Counted from the first letter of the stretch, positions 29,022 through 42,826 are shown. The stretch: 64,000 bases of DNA from an uncultured Gemmatimonadales bacterium (GCA_963716255.1 OY970303.1:1408001-1472000); one strand, 5' to 3'. Numbers and translations are program-made. Notes: generated by a model from the sequence alone, not told the origin.

Positions 29022-30689
29022 TCAGGCTGCCGGCAGGGTGAGCGTGAAGGTGCTCCCGCTGCCGGGCGTGCTCTCGACCGCCAGGTCGCCCTCCATCCCG
29101 CGCGCCAGGTCGCGGCTGATCGCCAGCCCCAGCCCCGTCCCCTCGTGCGGACGTGCAAGGTCGGAGCGCACCTGCACGAACGGGTCGAAGATCGTTTCCA
29201 GCTTGTCGGCCGGAATCCCGATCCCGGTGTCGCGCACCCGCACCCGCACGACATCCCCCTCGCGCGCGCAGGACACCTCCACCTGCCCGCGCGCGTCGGT
29301 GAACTTGACCGCGTTGCCCAGCAGGTTCACCAGGATCTGCCGCAGCTTCTCGGCGTCGGCACGCACCGCCAGCTCCGGAGGGCACCCGCCCACGCGCAGC
29401 GACACCTCCTTGGCGCGCGCCTGCGGGGCCACCAGCGACTCCGCCGCCACCACCGCCTCGCGCACCGGCACGCTCTCCAGGTCGTAGCGCACGCTGCCGG
29501 TCTCCAGCCGCGCGTAGTTGAGCACCTCGTTGATCAGCCCCAGCAGGTGCCGCTGGCTCTGCTGGATCCGGTGCAGGTCGTCGCGCTGCGTTTCCGTCAC
29601 GGGCCCGCGGATCCCCATCTCCAGGAGCTCGGCGTAGCCGCCGATGGCGTTGAGCGGCGTCCTCAGCTCGTGGCTCATGGTGGCCAGGAACTCGCTCTTG
29701 GCGCGGTTGGCGCGCTCCGCCTCGGCCCGGGCGGCCTCCGCCTCGCGCCGCGCCGTCCCCTGCTCGGTGACGTCGGCGCCGTGGGCGATCACGGCCGGGT
29801 GGCTCCCGTCCGCCTCCACCAGCGGCAGGTACGTGATGTCGAGGAAGCGCTCCTCCAGCTCCGCGCCCGGCGTGCGCTCCAGGCGCGCCGGGAGGTCGCG
29901 GAAGACCAGGGGCTCACCCGTCTCGCGGACGTGGCGGAGGTAGGTGTCGAAGCCCTGCCCGCGGACCTCGGGAAGCGCCTCCAGGAGCGGCTTCCCCACC
30001 ACGCCCCGCCCGTGGCCGATCACCTGCTCGTAGGCGTCGTTGACCAGCTCGAAGACGTTCTCCGGCCCGCGCAGCACCGCCAGGAACGAGGGCGACTGGC
30101 GGAACACCTGGGCGAGGCGGGTGCGCTCCACGCGCAGCTCCCCCAGCAGGCGCTCGCGGTCCAGGTCCGCCAGGACGCGCGGCGTGGTCTCCTGGCAGAT
30201 GACCAGCGTCCCCCCGATGCTCCCGTCGTCGTCGTAGGCGGGGCTGTAGCTGTACGTCCACCAGACGTCCTCCAGCCGGCCGTTGCGCTCGATGGGCAGG
30301 TACTGGTCCTCGTGCCAGGTGGGCACGCCGGTCGTCATCACCTGCTCGATCTGCGGGCCGATCGCGTCCCAGATGTCCGTCCAGAACTCGTGGCCGCGCA
30401 TCCCCAGGGCGCGCGGGTGCCGGCCGCCCCCGCCCAGGCTGGGGCGGTAGCCGTCGTTGTACACCTGCGCCAGCTCCGGCCCCCAGAACAGGAACATGGG
30501 GTTCCGGGAGCCCAGGAGCGTCAGGACCGTGGTGCGCAGGCTCTGCGACCAGCCCGCGGGCGGCCCCAGCGGCGTGGCCGACCAGTCGAGCGCGCGGCAG
30601 AGGGCCCGCATCTCCCCCGGACCGGCGAAGAACGAGTCCGCGGCGGGCACGCTGCTCTCCGGCGGGGCGTGGGCCTGGTGCTGCGACAT
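29022..30689 (-). CDS. PAS sensor histidine kinase 2
   Basis: GPGEM....DWSATPLGP N-terminal module, PAS domains, HisKA and HATPase boxes. Confidence 0.9.
   Translation of the reverse strand: MSQHQAHAPPESSVPAADSFFAGPGEMRALCRALDWSATPLGPPAGWSQSLRTTVLTLLGSRNPMFLFWGPELAQVYNDGYRPSLGGGGRHPRALGMRGHEFWTDIWDAIGPQIEQVMTTGVPTWHEDQYLPIERNGRLEDVWWTYSYSPAYDDDGSIGGTLVICQETTPRVLADLDRERLLGELRVERTRLAQVFRQSPSFLAVLRGPENVFELVNDAYEQVIGHGRGVVGKPLLEALPEVRGQGFDTYLRHVRETGEPLVFRDLPARLERTPGAELEERFLDITYLPLVEADGSHPAVIAHGADVTEQGTARREAEAARAEAERANRAKSEFLATMSHELRTPLNAIGGYAELLEMGIRGPVTETQRDDLHRIQQSQRHLLGLINEVLNYARLETGSVRYDLESVPVREAVVAAESLVAPQARAKEVSLRVGGCPPELAVRADAEKLRQILVNLLGNAVKFTDARGQVEVSCAREGDVVRVRVRDTGIGIPADKLETIFDPFVQVRSDLARPHEGTGLGLAISRDLARGMEGDLAVESTPGSGSTFTLTLPAA
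29029..29732. repeat. Near-identical duplicated kinase transmitter segment, copy 2
   Basis: Matches 26069-26772. Confidence 0.92.
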
Positions 30690-30827
30690 GGTCCGGGTCA
30701 CAAGTGGCGCCTCTCCGCGCAGTTGGCCTGCACGCAAAAGGATTATGGACCGGTCCGCCGGAAACGGCAATACGCCCCACCGGAGCACGCCGCATCGCGC
30801 CGGCGGCACGGGCTCGCGACACCGGCG

Positions 30828-30865
30828 TTGACATTCGCGCGCCCCAGTACTTTAATATACAAAGT
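30828..30865 (+). promoter_or_regulatory. Near-consensus sigma70 promoter with overlapping operator
   Basis: TTGACA(30828)-N17-TTTAAT(30851); inverted repeat ACTTT-N7-AAAGT at 30849-30865. Confidence 0.7.
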
Positions 30866-30896
30866 TCTCTGCGACACCCGAACAGGGAAAGGTGCG

Positions 30897-32357
30897 ATGC
30901 GAGTCAGGATGATCCTCCCGGCGCTCACCGAAGCCAAGAGCCCGCTCTTCCGGCCCATCAAGTACTCGCTCTTTCCGCCGCTGGGGCTGGCGACGCTGGC
31001 GGCGTACCTGGGCGGGGACGACCACGCGGAGCTGGTGGACGAGCACGTGGAGGAGGTCCGCGCCGACGACGACGCGCCGGACCTGGTCGTGATCCAGGTC
31101 TACATCACCTCGGCGCGGCGCGCATACGCGCTCGCCGACGAGTACCGGCGCAGGGGCTCGCACGTGTGCCTGGGGGGGCTGCACGTCACCTCGCTCCCCG
31201 GCGAAGCGGCCGCGCACGCGGACACGATCTTCCTGGGCCCTGGGGAGGACACCTGGCCGCGCTTCCTGGAGGACTTCCGGGCCGGCCGGGCGGACGCGGT
31301 CTACACCTCCACGGAGCGCACGCTGGAGTCGGTTCCCCCGGTGCGGCGCGACCTGATCCGCCGCGAGCTCTACCTGGTCCCCAATTCCATCGTCGTTTCG
31401 CGGGGGTGCCCGCACAACTGCGACTTCTGCTACAAGGAGGCCTTCTTCCGCGGCGGCCGCGGCTTCTACACGCAGCGGGTGGACGACGCGCTCGCCGAGA
31501 TCGACCGGCTCCCCGGGCGGCACCTGTACTTCCTGGACGACCACCTGTTCGGCAACGTCCCCTTCGCGACCGCCCTCTTCGACGGCATGCGCGGAATGCG
31601 CAGGCTCTGGCAGGCCGCCGGGACCGTGCAGTCGGTGCTCCGCCCCGGGCTCCTGGAAAAGGCCGCGGCGGCCGGGCTGCGGAGCCTGTTCGTGGGCTTC
31701 GAGACGCTGAGCGCGGACAACCTCCGCGAGCAGGGAAAGCTCCAGAACCTGGGGCGCGACTACGCGGCCGCGATCCGGCGCCTGCACGAGCACGGGGTGA
31801 TGGTGAACGGGAGCTTCGTCTTCGGGATGGACGGGGACGGGCCGGACGTGTTCGAGCGCACGGTGGAGTGGGCCGTCGGGCAGGGGATTGAGACCGCCAC
31901 CTTCCACATCCTGACGCCGTACCCGGACACGGCGCTGTACGAGCGCATGGACCGCGACGGGCGTCTGCTCCACCGCGACTGGGACCTGTACGACACCCGG
32001 CACACCGTCTTCCGCCCGGCGCGGATGACCCCCGAGCAGCTGGAGGAGGGCTACTGGCGGGCCTACCGCGACTTCTACCGCTGGGGATCCATCTTCCGCG
32101 GGGCGGCGGCCAAGGACACGCTGCTGGAGAAAGCCCGGCACGTGGCGTACGCCGGGGGGTGGAAGAAGCTGGAGCCGCTGTGGGATTGGGTGATCCGCGC
32201 CCGCCGGGTGTCGCGGATGCGGCCGGCGCTGGAGGGGGTGCTCACCGGCTTCGGCCGGCACCGGCCCACGCGGGACGCCGGGCCGCTCCTGCCCGGTGCC
32301 GGGAGCGGGTCTCCCCGGCGCTCTACGGGAGCGGAGCCCGCGCGAGCGTCAGCGTGA
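30897..32357 (+). CDS. B12-binding domain radical SAM protein
   Basis: [43 protein letters not shown]. Confidence 0.92.
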   Translation: MRVRMILPALTEAKSPLFRPIKYSLFPPLGLATLAAYLGGDDHAELVDEHVEEVRADDDAPDLVVIQVYITSARRAYALADEYRRRGSHVCLGGLHVTSLPGEAAAHADTIFLGPGEDTWPRFLEDFRAGRADAVYTSTERTLESVPPVRRDLIRRELYLVPNSIVVSRGCPHNCDFCYKEAFFRGGRGFYTQRVDDALAEIDRLPGRHLYFLDDHLFGNVPFATALFDGMRGMRRLWQAAGTVQSVLRPGLLEKAAAAGLRSLFVGFETLSADNLREQGKLQNLGRDYAAAIRRLHEHGVMVNGSFVFGMDGDGPDVFERTVEWAVGQGIETATFHILTPYPDTALYERMDRDGRLLHRDWDLYDTRHTVFRPARMTPEQLEEGYWRAYRDFYRWGSIFRGAAAKDTLLEKARHVAYAGGWKKLEPLWDWVIRARRVSRMRPALEGVLTGFGRHRPTRDAGPLLPGAGSGSPRRSTGAEPARASA

Positions 32358-34083
32358 ACGTGCTCCCCTCGCCCGGGGTGCTCCGGGCCGTCAGCTCGCC
32401 GCCCATGGCGCGGGCGAGGTCGCGGCTCACCGCCAGGCCAAGCCCGGTTCCTTCCTGCGGGCTGGTCAGCGAGCGGCCCACCTGCACGAACGGCTCGAAG
32501 ACCGCCTGGAGCATGTCCGCGGGGATCCCGCACCCCGTGTCGCGGACGGAAAGCCGCACGTCGTCGTCCCCAGCCTCGCAGAGGATGTCGATCCCCCCGC
32601 CGGCCCCGGTGAACTTGACCGCGTTGGAAAGGAGGTTCACCAGGATCTGCCGGAGCTTGTCCGGGTCGGCGCGCACGGCCAGCGCCGGGGAGCACCCGGG
32701 GACCCTGAGCTCCAGCCCCCTGGCGCGGGCCTGCGGCGCGACCAGTCCCTCGGCCATCGCGAGCGTTTCGCGCACCCCCACCTCGCGCACGTCGAAGTGC
32801 ACCGTGCCCGCTTCCAGCATGGCGTAGTTGAGCACCTGGTTGATCAGCCCCAGCAGGTGCCGCTGACTCCGCCGGATGCGGGCCAGGCTCTCGACCTGCT
32901 CCCCGGTGACGGGGCCGTGGATCCCCATCTCCATCAGCTCGGCGTACCCGCCGATGGCGTTCAGCGGCGTCCTCAGCTCGTGGCTCATGACCGCCAGGAA
33001 GTCGCCCTTCGCCCGGTTGGCGGCCTCGGCCTCGGCGCGCGCCTGGCAGGCCTCGTCCAGGGCGGCGCGCTGGTCCAGGAGCAGCCGGTCCAGCTCGACG
33101 CCCTCGGCCCGCAGCCGCACCAGCTCGGTGACGTCCTCCACGTGGTGGATGATCGCGACCACCTCCCCCCGTGGGCCCGGGACGGGAACGTTGAGCGGGC
33201 TCCACCAGCGCACCTCGAACCCGCCGCCCGCGGATTGGGGCCGCCGGATGGGGTACTTCTGCAGCGCCATGCGGTCCGGGCGGCGCCCCCCGGCCACCCG
33301 CTCCAGCGAGGCGCGCAGGTTTCGCACGCCGTCGGCGGCGGGGTCGGCCGGGTCGTCGGGGAACACGTCGAACAGCCGATGCCCCAGGATGGCCTCGCGC
33401 CCGGTGAGCGTCGCGCGCAGGTAGGCGTCGTTCACCGCGACGATGGTGAACTCCGGCGGCGTGACGACCAGGTAAGGCGCCGGGGACGCGTGGAAGAGGA
33501 TCTGGAAGTCGGCGGACAGTCCGGCCGCGCCCGCGACCTCGCGCAGCCGCTGCTCGTTGTCGCGGAGCCGCTCCTGCGCGCGGGTCGGCCGCGCGGCCTC
33601 CACGACGGTGACGAGCACGCCGCCCACGCCGCCGTCGTCGTCCGGCACCGGGCTGCAGCTCAGCGTGAAGAACGCCTCTTCGGGATGGCCGTCGCGCTCG
33701 ACGCTCAGCCGCTGGTCGGCGAGCGTGAGCGATTCCCCCCGCCCGGCGACGCCCTCGACGAGAGCGGCGCACGAGTCCCAGGATCCGGGCCAGACCTCGC
33801 GCGCGGGCCGTCCGACCGCCGCCGCGTGCTTCCTCCCCAGGAGGGCCCGGTACCCGTCGTTGTAGACCGCGACCCGCTCGGTTCCCCACAGCACCATCAT
33901 CGCCACGGGCGACGCGAGCACCAGGCCGGCGGCCGTCCTCAGGCTGTGCGGCCACCGCTCCACGGGACCCAGCGGGGTCGCCGCCCAGTCCGTCGCGCGG
34001 CAGAGCGCCGCCATCTCCCCGGGGCCCGGGAAGGGAACCGCCTGCCGCCCCCCGCGATCATGGTCGTCCGTTCCGACGGTCAC
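32323..34083 (-). CDS. PAS sensor histidine kinase 3
   Basis: GPGEM....DWAATPLGP module, two [26 protein letters not shown]; start uncertain. Confidence 0.88.
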   Translation of the reverse strand: MTVGTDDHDRGGRQAVPFPGPGEMAALCRATDWAATPLGPVERWPHSLRTAAGLVLASPVAMMVLWGTERVAVYNDGYRALLGRKHAAAVGRPAREVWPGSWDSCAALVEGVAGRGESLTLADQRLSVERDGHPEEAFFTLSCSPVPDDDGGVGGVLVTVVEAARPTRAQERLRDNEQRLREVAGAAGLSADFQILFHASPAPYLVVTPPEFTIVAVNDAYLRATLTGREAILGHRLFDVFPDDPADPAADGVRNLRASLERVAGGRRPDRMALQKYPIRRPQSAGGGFEVRWWSPLNVPVPGPRGEVVAIIHHVEDVTELVRLRAEGVELDRLLLDQRAALDEACQARAEAEAANRAKGDFLAVMSHELRTPLNAIGGYAELMEMGIHGPVTGEQVESLARIRRSQRHLLGLINQVLNYAMLEAGTVHFDVREVGVRETLAMAEGLVAPQARARGLELRVPGCSPALAVRADPDKLRQILVNLLSNAVKFTGAGGGIDILCEAGDDDVRLSVRDTGCGIPADMLQAVFEPFVQVGRSLTSPQEGTGLGLAVSRDLARAMGGELTARSTPGEGSTFTLTLARAPLP

Positions 34084-34274
34084 GCCCGCACCCTCGTGGA
34101 TCCAAGGTTCGCCTGCCGGGGGAGCCGCATCGGCGCCGCCACGGAGCGAGCCTGATGCAGGTGTCGGACCGGCTTCACGAGGGCGGGGATGGGAGGAAGC
34201 CGGGACGGCGGGACCCGGAGCTGCCAACGAGACGAGGCCGGGGCGATCGCTCGCCCCGGCCTCGTCTCGCAACT

Positions 34275-34413
34275 GCGTGAGGGATTTCGGCCCGAGGGGC
34301 GAGACCCGGCGGCTGTTTGCCGGGGCTCGACTCCGTTACGCACGGTTGTTTCGTGCGTTACGGAGCCGAAGCCCGACCCCGGCGCCAGCTGGGGGCACGC
34401 CCGGGCCCGCCGT
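34275..34413 (+). repeat. Structured intergenic repeat family A, copy 5
   Basis: Aligns with other A copies; ends about 8 nt from the gyrB stop. Confidence 0.95.
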
Positions 34414-34421
34414 AAAGCCGT

Positions 34422-36896
<2,475 letters not shown>

Positions 36897-36940
36897 TCAA
36901 AGAGAGCGGCGGAGTGGACGGCTGAACGGCAACGGAGAAC

Positions 36941-37078
36941 TGCGGGGTCGGGCGTGCCCCCGGCTGGCGCCGGGGTCGGGCTGCGGCTCCGTAGCAGACG
37001 AAACGACCGTCTGCAACGGAGTCGAGCCCCGGCAAACTGCCGCCGGGTCTCGCCCCTCCGGGCCGAAATCCCTCACGC
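36941..37078 (-). repeat. Structured intergenic repeat family A, copy 6
   Basis: Central stem variant G-CAGACG/CGTCTG-C. Confidence 0.95.
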
Positions 37079-37146
37079 GGGGCTCGCGCTTGCGTCGGCG
37101 GGGCCCCCACCCGGCTCGCTTGAGGCTCGCACGGCTCGCCCCCTAT

Positions 37147-38532
37147 CAGGTTGCTGAAAAGCTTGTGCGCACGCGCGTGCGCGCGAGGGTGTGGCGTCGT
37201 AGATTGGGGAAAACCTGTCCTCACACTCTCGGGGAGCAGCCACGATGCGCGGACGAGTCAGCCAGCAGCACGCGATGTGGATGTTCTACGATCCGGAGAG
37301 CCTGCTCTCGCCTACGCATCCGCTGCGGGCGGTCAAGGCGCGAGCCGATGCGGTGCTGGCCGGGATGAGTCCGGAGTTCGACCGCGCCTACGCGGCTCTG
37401 GGACGGGCGAGTATCCCGCCGGAGATGCTGCTGAAGGCGCTGCTGCTTCAGGCGCTGCACTCGATCCGTTCGGAGCGGATGCTGGTGGAGCAGATCGGAG
37501 TGAACTTGGCTTACCGGTGGTTCCTGGACCTGGAGCCGCATGCGGGGGTGTGGGATGCGACCACGTTCACGCAGAACCGGGATCGGTTCGAGAAGCACGG
37601 GCTGGTGCGCACCTTCTTCGAGCGGATCATCGAGGGGGCGTACCTGGAGGAACTGGCGAGCCAGGAGCACTTCTCGATCGATGGCAGCCTGATCGAGAGC
37701 TATGCCTCGATGAAGAGCCTGCGCAAGATCGGCAGCCCGGACGAGAAGGTCAGCGACGGCTCGAAGGACGGCGACACGAGCAATCCCTCGGTGAACTTCC
37801 GCAAAGAGAAGCGGACCAACGCGACGCACCGCTCGCTCACGGACCCCGAGGCGCGCCTGGCGACCAAGAGCAAGGGAGTGCCGGCGCGGCTGTGCCATCT
37901 GCTGAACGCGCTGATGGAGAACCGGCACGGGCTGCTCATCGACGTCAGCGTGGTGGAGGCCGACGGGACGGGCGAGCGCGACCAGGCACTCCTGCTGCTG
38001 GAGCGCAGCCGGATTCGGCACGACTTGCCGGTGGAGCGCACGGTGGGGCTGGATGGGGGCTATCCCAGTGGCCCGTTCCTCCAGGCAGCCTATCAGGACG
38101 GTGTGAGCGCGCACGTGCCGATCCCGGAGGGGCCGATCGACCCGGACGCCAAGGGAGCCGAAGCGCGCAGCCGAGCCCGAGAGCGGATGGGTACGCCGGA
38201 GTACGCCCTCTCGCAACGCAAGCGTAAGCGGATCGAGGAGATCTTCGGCTGGGCAAAGGAGATCGGCGGGATGCGTCGGAGCCGCCACGTGGATCGCTGG
38301 AAGCTGACGCAGAAGGCGCTGATCGTGGGCGCCGCGTACAACCTCCTGCGCCTGGCACGCCTCGCGCCGGGTTTGCAGGCCCTCGCCTGAGGCACAGTGC
38401 GTCCGTGCACGCCGAAAATGGCTGCACGGGCGGGAAACCGGGCACCCCATACGCCGGAAAAGCCCCGTTTCGCTGATTCTGGAGTGGAAGTTTTCCACGT
38501 CACACTCCAGGCTGCCGTTTTTCAGCGACCTG
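37147..38532 (+). mobile_element. Complete IS5-family insertion sequence (1386 bp)
   Basis: IRL CAGGTTGCTGAAAA, IRR reverse complement CAGGTCGCTGAAAA (1 mismatch), flanked by a CTAT direct repeat at 37143-37146 and 38533-38536. Confidence 0.9.
37245..38390 (+). CDS. IS5 family DDE transposase
   Basis: GRASIPPE.LLKALLLQ..SIRSER (DUF772-like), FSIDGS, LDGGY, R.RIEEIFGWAK. Confidence 0.92.
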   Translation: MRGRVSQQHAMWMFYDPESLLSPTHPLRAVKARADAVLAGMSPEFDRAYAALGRASIPPEMLLKALLLQALHSIRSERMLVEQIGVNLAYRWFLDLEPHAGVWDATTFTQNRDRFEKHGLVRTFFERIIEGAYLEELASQEHFSIDGSLIESYASMKSLRKIGSPDEKVSDGSKDGDTSNPSVNFRKEKRTNATHRSLTDPEARLATKSKGVPARLCHLLNALMENRHGLLIDVSVVEADGTGERDQALLLLERSRIRHDLPVERTVGLDGGYPSGPFLQAAYQDGVSAHVPIPEGPIDPDAKGAEARSRARERMGTPEYALSQRKRKRIEEIFGWAKEIGGMRRSRHVDRWKLTQKALIVGAAYNLLRLARLAPGLQALA

Positions 38533-38596
38533 CTATATCCCCCGTTCCGGGGGAGGGGAACCTCCGTGCTTCGATTCGCGTCGTTGTCGTGTCGTG

Positions 38597-38692
38597 CTCC
38601 CCCTCTCCCCTTGTGGGAGAGGGGGCCGGGGGGTGAGGGGAGCCGTCGTCCTTCTCCCCTCCCCCTTGCGGGGAGGGGCCGGGGGAGGGGGT
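38597..38692. repeat. REP-like palindromic repeats, family C (two tandem units)
   Basis: CCCCCTCTCCC-CTTGT-GGGAGAGGGGG and CCCCTCCCC-CTTGC-GGGGAGGGG, each followed by CCGGGGG. Confidence 0.7.
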
Positions 38693-38718
38693 CCGCCGTC
38701 GCAGTTGCTGGCTGTCTC

Positions 38719-39852
38719 CTACCCCGCCCGCACCCGCCCGTCGCGCATCTCCCAGCGCGGCAGCGCGCCGCCGCGGATCTCCACGTCGCTGGCCTTGGGC
38801 GAGGTCAGGATCACCTGGCCGCCGCCCGTTCCCTCGATCCAGTCGATGATGCGGCGGGAGCGGCCGGGGTCCAGCTCGGCGAACACGTCGTCCAGCAGGA
38901 TCACGCTCTCGCGGCCGCGGGTGGCGCGGATGGTCTCCGCCTCCACCATGCGGAGCGCCACGGCCGCCGTGCGCTGCTGGCCGCCCGAGCCGTAGGTGCG
39001 CAGGTCCAGCGGGGCGGCGCCGGGACGCTCCATCTCGAAGCGCAGGTCGTCGCGGTGGGGGCCCACCAGCGTCATCCCGCGGCGGGTCTCGCGCTCCGCC
39101 ACGCGGCCCAGCTCCGCCCGGAAGGCCGCCGCGATCGCCGCGGCGGGGTCCGCGTCGCCCGTGTCCCACGCCCCCACCGAAGGGTCGTAGCCCAGGATCC
39201 CGCGGGGGCCGCCGGCCACCCGCGCGTAGTGCTCCGCGAAGCTGCCGCCCACCTCCCCCACCCAGGCGGCGCGCGCCGCCACCACCCGCGTCCCCCACGC
39301 CACCAGCCCCTCGTTCCACGCCGCCACCATCGCCGCGCCGGTCCCCTGGCGCAGCAGCGCGTTGCGCTGGAAGAGCACCTGCCGGAAGCGCTGCACCGCC
39401 GCCAGGTAGCCGGGCACCGCCAGCGACAGCACGATGTCCAGGAAGCGCCGCCGGCCGGCCGGCCCGCCCGCCACGATCTCCACGTCCGAGGGCGAGAAGA
39501 TCACCGCCCCCACCCCGCCGATCGCCTCCCCGATGCGCTCCGGCTCGGCCGCGTTGATCGTCACCTTCTTGCGCTTGCGCCGCCGCTCGAAGGCCGCCGC
39601 GATGGCGCGCTCCGTCCCGTCCTCGCCCCGCATGTGCGCCTCCACGCGGAACACCTCGTCGCCGAAGCGCACCAGCTGCTCGTCCGGCGCGCCGCGGAAG
39701 GAGCGGAAGATCTCCAGGTAGTAGACCGCCTCCAGCAGGTTGGTCTTCCCCTGGCCGTTGTCGCCGATGATGGCGACGCCGCCGGGGGGAAAGTCGAGCG
39801 CCTGGTCTTCCAGGTTGCGGAAGGCGTTCAGCTTGAGGCGGGAAAGGTACAC
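38719..39852 (-). CDS. recF: DNA replication/repair protein RecF
   Basis: FRNL, GDNGQGKTNLLEA, RRRFLD, QRNALL, GPHRDD, GSGGQQR, LLDDVFAELD. Confidence 0.95.
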   Translation of the reverse strand: MYLSRLKLNAFRNLEDQALDFPPGGVAIIGDNGQGKTNLLEAVYYLEIFRSFRGAPDEQLVRFGDEVFRVEAHMRGEDGTERAIAAAFERRRKRKKVTINAAEPERIGEAIGGVGAVIFSPSDVEIVAGGPAGRRRFLDIVLSLAVPGYLAAVQRFRQVLFQRNALLRQGTGAAMVAAWNEGLVAWGTRVVAARAAWVGEVGGSFAEHYARVAGGPRGILGYDPSVGAWDTGDADPAAAIAAAFRAELGRVAERETRRGMTLVGPHRDDLRFEMERPGAAPLDLRTYGSGGQQRTAAVALRMVEAETIRATRGRESVILLDDVFAELDPGRSRRIIDWIEGTGGGQVILTSPKASDVEIRGGALPRWEMRDGRVRAG

Positions 39853-39904
39853 CGGGGAGTGCGAAAGTGCGTGAGTGAGGAGGTGCGCCCGGGGCGGGCG
39901 GCCC

Positions 39905-40435
39905 TCAGCGCACCCGCGCGCCTTCGTGGGCCAGCAGCCACCGCTTGATCTTCGTGCCGTCGCCGTCCTCCCACGCGCCCAGGTAGCCGCCGATGGCGCC
40001 GCCGGCGGCGAGCACGCGGTGGCAGGGGACGACGATGGGGATGGGGTTGTGCGCGTTGGCCTGCCCCACGGCGCGGGAGGCGCCCGGCCTGCCCATCTCG
40101 CGCGCCACCTCGCCGTAGCTGCGCGTCTCGCCGAAGGGGATGCGGCAGAGCGCGTCCCACGTCGCGCGCCGGAACTCCGTCCCCTCCGGCGCGAGCGGCA
40201 GCGTGAACTCCCGCCGCTCGCCCGCGAAGTACTCGCGCAGCTCCCGCAGCACCTGCCACCCCGGCGCGTCGTCGCGCGTGGGTTCGTCGCGCGTCCCCGC
40301 CGGCGGGTGCTCGCCCTGCGGCCAGAAGCGCAGCGCCCGCACCCCCGCGTCGCCGTATTCCGCCAGAAGCGGCCCCACGGGCGACGCGACCAGCAGCCGC
40401 CGGGGCGGGCCGGGAGCCGCGGGGCCGGCGCTCAT
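39905..40435 (-). CDS. ogt: Methylated-DNA-protein-cysteine methyltransferase
   Basis: IPFGETRSYG, RAVGQAN..NPIPIVVPCHRV. Confidence 0.92.
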   Translation of the reverse strand: MSAGPAAPGPPRRLLVASPVGPLLAEYGDAGVRALRFWPQGEHPPAGTRDEPTRDDAPGWQVLRELREYFAGERREFTLPLAPEGTEFRRATWDALCRIPFGETRSYGEVAREMGRPGASRAVGQANAHNPIPIVVPCHRVLAAGGAIGGYLGAWEDGDGTKIKRWLLAHEGARVR

Positions 40436-40785
40436 CCTCCTTCCCCGCGGCCCGGCCGCTGCACGGGAGGCCGCTGGGACGCCCGGGCCATGTACACCCT
40501 CAAGAAGTGCCCACCCCACAGGAAGAGCGGGAAGTTGATGAAGAGCGCCATCCCCAGCGACAGGAGCGCTCCCGGCGCGAACAGCTCCCCCGGCGCGGAA
40601 ATCGAGCTGTAGGCTCGGAAACACCACTGGGACACCGCGGTAAGCAGCCAGACCGGGACGCTCCAGCCGAGCACCTCGCGCCGCGCGACCCGGTCCACGC
40701 GGACCAGCAGGCGCCGCGCCGTCCAGATGCAGAACGCCAGCCAGGCGGCGCCGAAGACACTGAAAGCGGCGATCCAGGGGTTCAT
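40432..40785 (-). CDS. Hypothetical membrane protein (about 3 TM)
   Basis: GGAGAG RBS, hydrophobic segments, stop overlaps the ogt start. Confidence 0.6.
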   Translation of the reverse strand: MNPWIAAFSVFGAAWLAFCIWTARRLLVRVDRVARREVLGWSVPVWLLTAVSQWCFRAYSSISAPGELFAPGALLSLGMALFINFPLFLWGGHFLRVYMARASQRPPVQRPGRGEGG

Positions 40786-40798
40786 GGGCGTCTCTCCT

Positions 40799-41584
<786 letters not shown>

Positions 41585-41673
41585 GGGTGCGTGCGGTCGC
41601 GTGAGGGGTTCAGGAGGACGCGACAAGCTACACAGGCGGGGGGGTAGGGGCAACGACGGAGGAACGGCTTCTT

Positions 41674-41810
41674 ACGGCGGGTTCGGGCGTGCCCCCGGCT
41701 GCGCCGGGGTCGGGCTGCGGCTCCGTAACGCACGAAACAACCGTGCGTAACGGAGGCGAGCCACGGAAACAGCCCCGTGTCTCGCCGCTTCGCGCTCGCA
41801 TCCCTCACGC
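41674..41810 (-). repeat. Structured intergenic repeat family A, copy 7 (divergent 5' half)
   Basis: CCC-GAA-GGG hairpin replaced by CGC-GAA-GCG; module stem CACGG/CCGTG. Confidence 0.9.
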
Positions 41811-41839
41811 GAGGCTCCGTGTGGGCGTCAGGTGACGGC

Positions 41840-41884
41840 AAAAAAAACCGCGGCGCGGCCGGGGGTCCGGGCCGCGCCGCTGGC
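41840..41884 (-). terminator. Intrinsic terminator after the dapA-like gene
   Basis: GCGGCGCGGCC/GGCCGCGCCGC stem followed by an 8-nt U-tract on the minus strand. Confidence 0.7.
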
Positions 41885-41907
41885 TTCGCTCGCGTCGGGA
41901 GGCGGCG

Positions 41908-42819
41908 TCAGCCCACGCGCTCGGGGGCGAGGAGGCCGGCGGCGGCGAGGGCTTCGCGGGCCTGCTCCGCTTCCTTCGGGCGGAGGGGCTTCAGCGGGGG
42001 GCGGGGGGCGCCGCCGTGCAGGCCCAGCAGGTCCAGGGCGGCCTTGACGCCGGGGGTGCCCAGGGCCGCGACCACGCGGCGGTGTACCGGGGTGATGCGC
42101 TCCTGGAGGCGGCCGGCGCGGGCCACGTCGCCCTCCGTGTAGGCGCGGAACAGGGCGGCGCAGCCGCGGGGGTCCAGCAGCGACACGGCGAGGATCCCGC
42201 CCGTCGCGCCCACCTCCAGCGCGCCGTACAGCGAGTCGCCGCTCCCCACCAGCACCGCGCAGCGGCGCTCGCAGGCATCCGCCAGCGCGGCGAGCGTCTT
42301 CAGGTCGCCCGAAGAGTCCTTGATCCCCGCGATGTTGGGGTGGTGAGACAGCTCGCCCACCAGCCCCGCCGGGAGCTCCACCGTGCTGAAGCGCGGCGGC
42401 ACCGCGTACAGCACCACCGGCACGGGCGAGGCGTCGGCCACGGCCAGGTAGTGGTCGCGGAGCGCTTCGGGGGTCATGAGCGGGCGGAAGTACGCCGGCG
42501 GGTGCACCATCACCGCGTCGGCGCCCGCGTCGGCCGCGGCGCGCGTCATCCGCACCGTCGCGCGGGTGGACTCCGCGCCCGTGCCGGCCAGCAGCAGGCG
42601 GCCCGCGTCCACCACGTCGCGCGCGGCGGCAAGGGCGCGCGTGCGCTCGTCCTCGTCCAGGAGCACGCCCTCGCCCGTGGAGCCGAAGAGCACCACCCCG
42701 GCCAGCTCCTCCCGCAGCCAGGCGCGCAGGTTGGCGCGCAGCGCCACCACGTCCACCTCGCCCGTGACCGCGTCGAACGGCGTCACCGCCGGCGCCAGCA
42801 CTCCGCGCAGTTCCACCAT
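41908..42819 (-). CDS. Dihydrodipicolinate synthase family protein
   Basis: VTPF, GSTGEG, VVLY, GIKDSSG. Confidence 0.88.
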   Translation of the reverse strand: MVELRGVLAPAVTPFDAVTGEVDVVALRANLRAWLREELAGVVLFGSTGEGVLLDEDERTRALAAARDVVDAGRLLLAGTGAESTRATVRMTRAAADAGADAVMVHPPAYFRPLMTPEALRDHYLAVADASPVPVVLYAVPPRFSTVELPAGLVGELSHHPNIAGIKDSSGDLKTLAALADACERRCAVLVGSGDSLYGALEVGATGGILAVSLLDPRGCAALFRAYTEGDVARAGRLQERITPVHRRVVAALGTPGVKAALDLLGLHGGAPRPPLKPLRPKEAEQAREALAAAGLLAPERVG

Positions 42820-42826
42820 GGCCTCC

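Noticed and set aside
29145..30896. 1070-aa N-terminally extended radical SAM protein from the ORF track
   Set aside because: The extension is antisense to kinase 2; the promoter and RBS support a start at ATG 30897.
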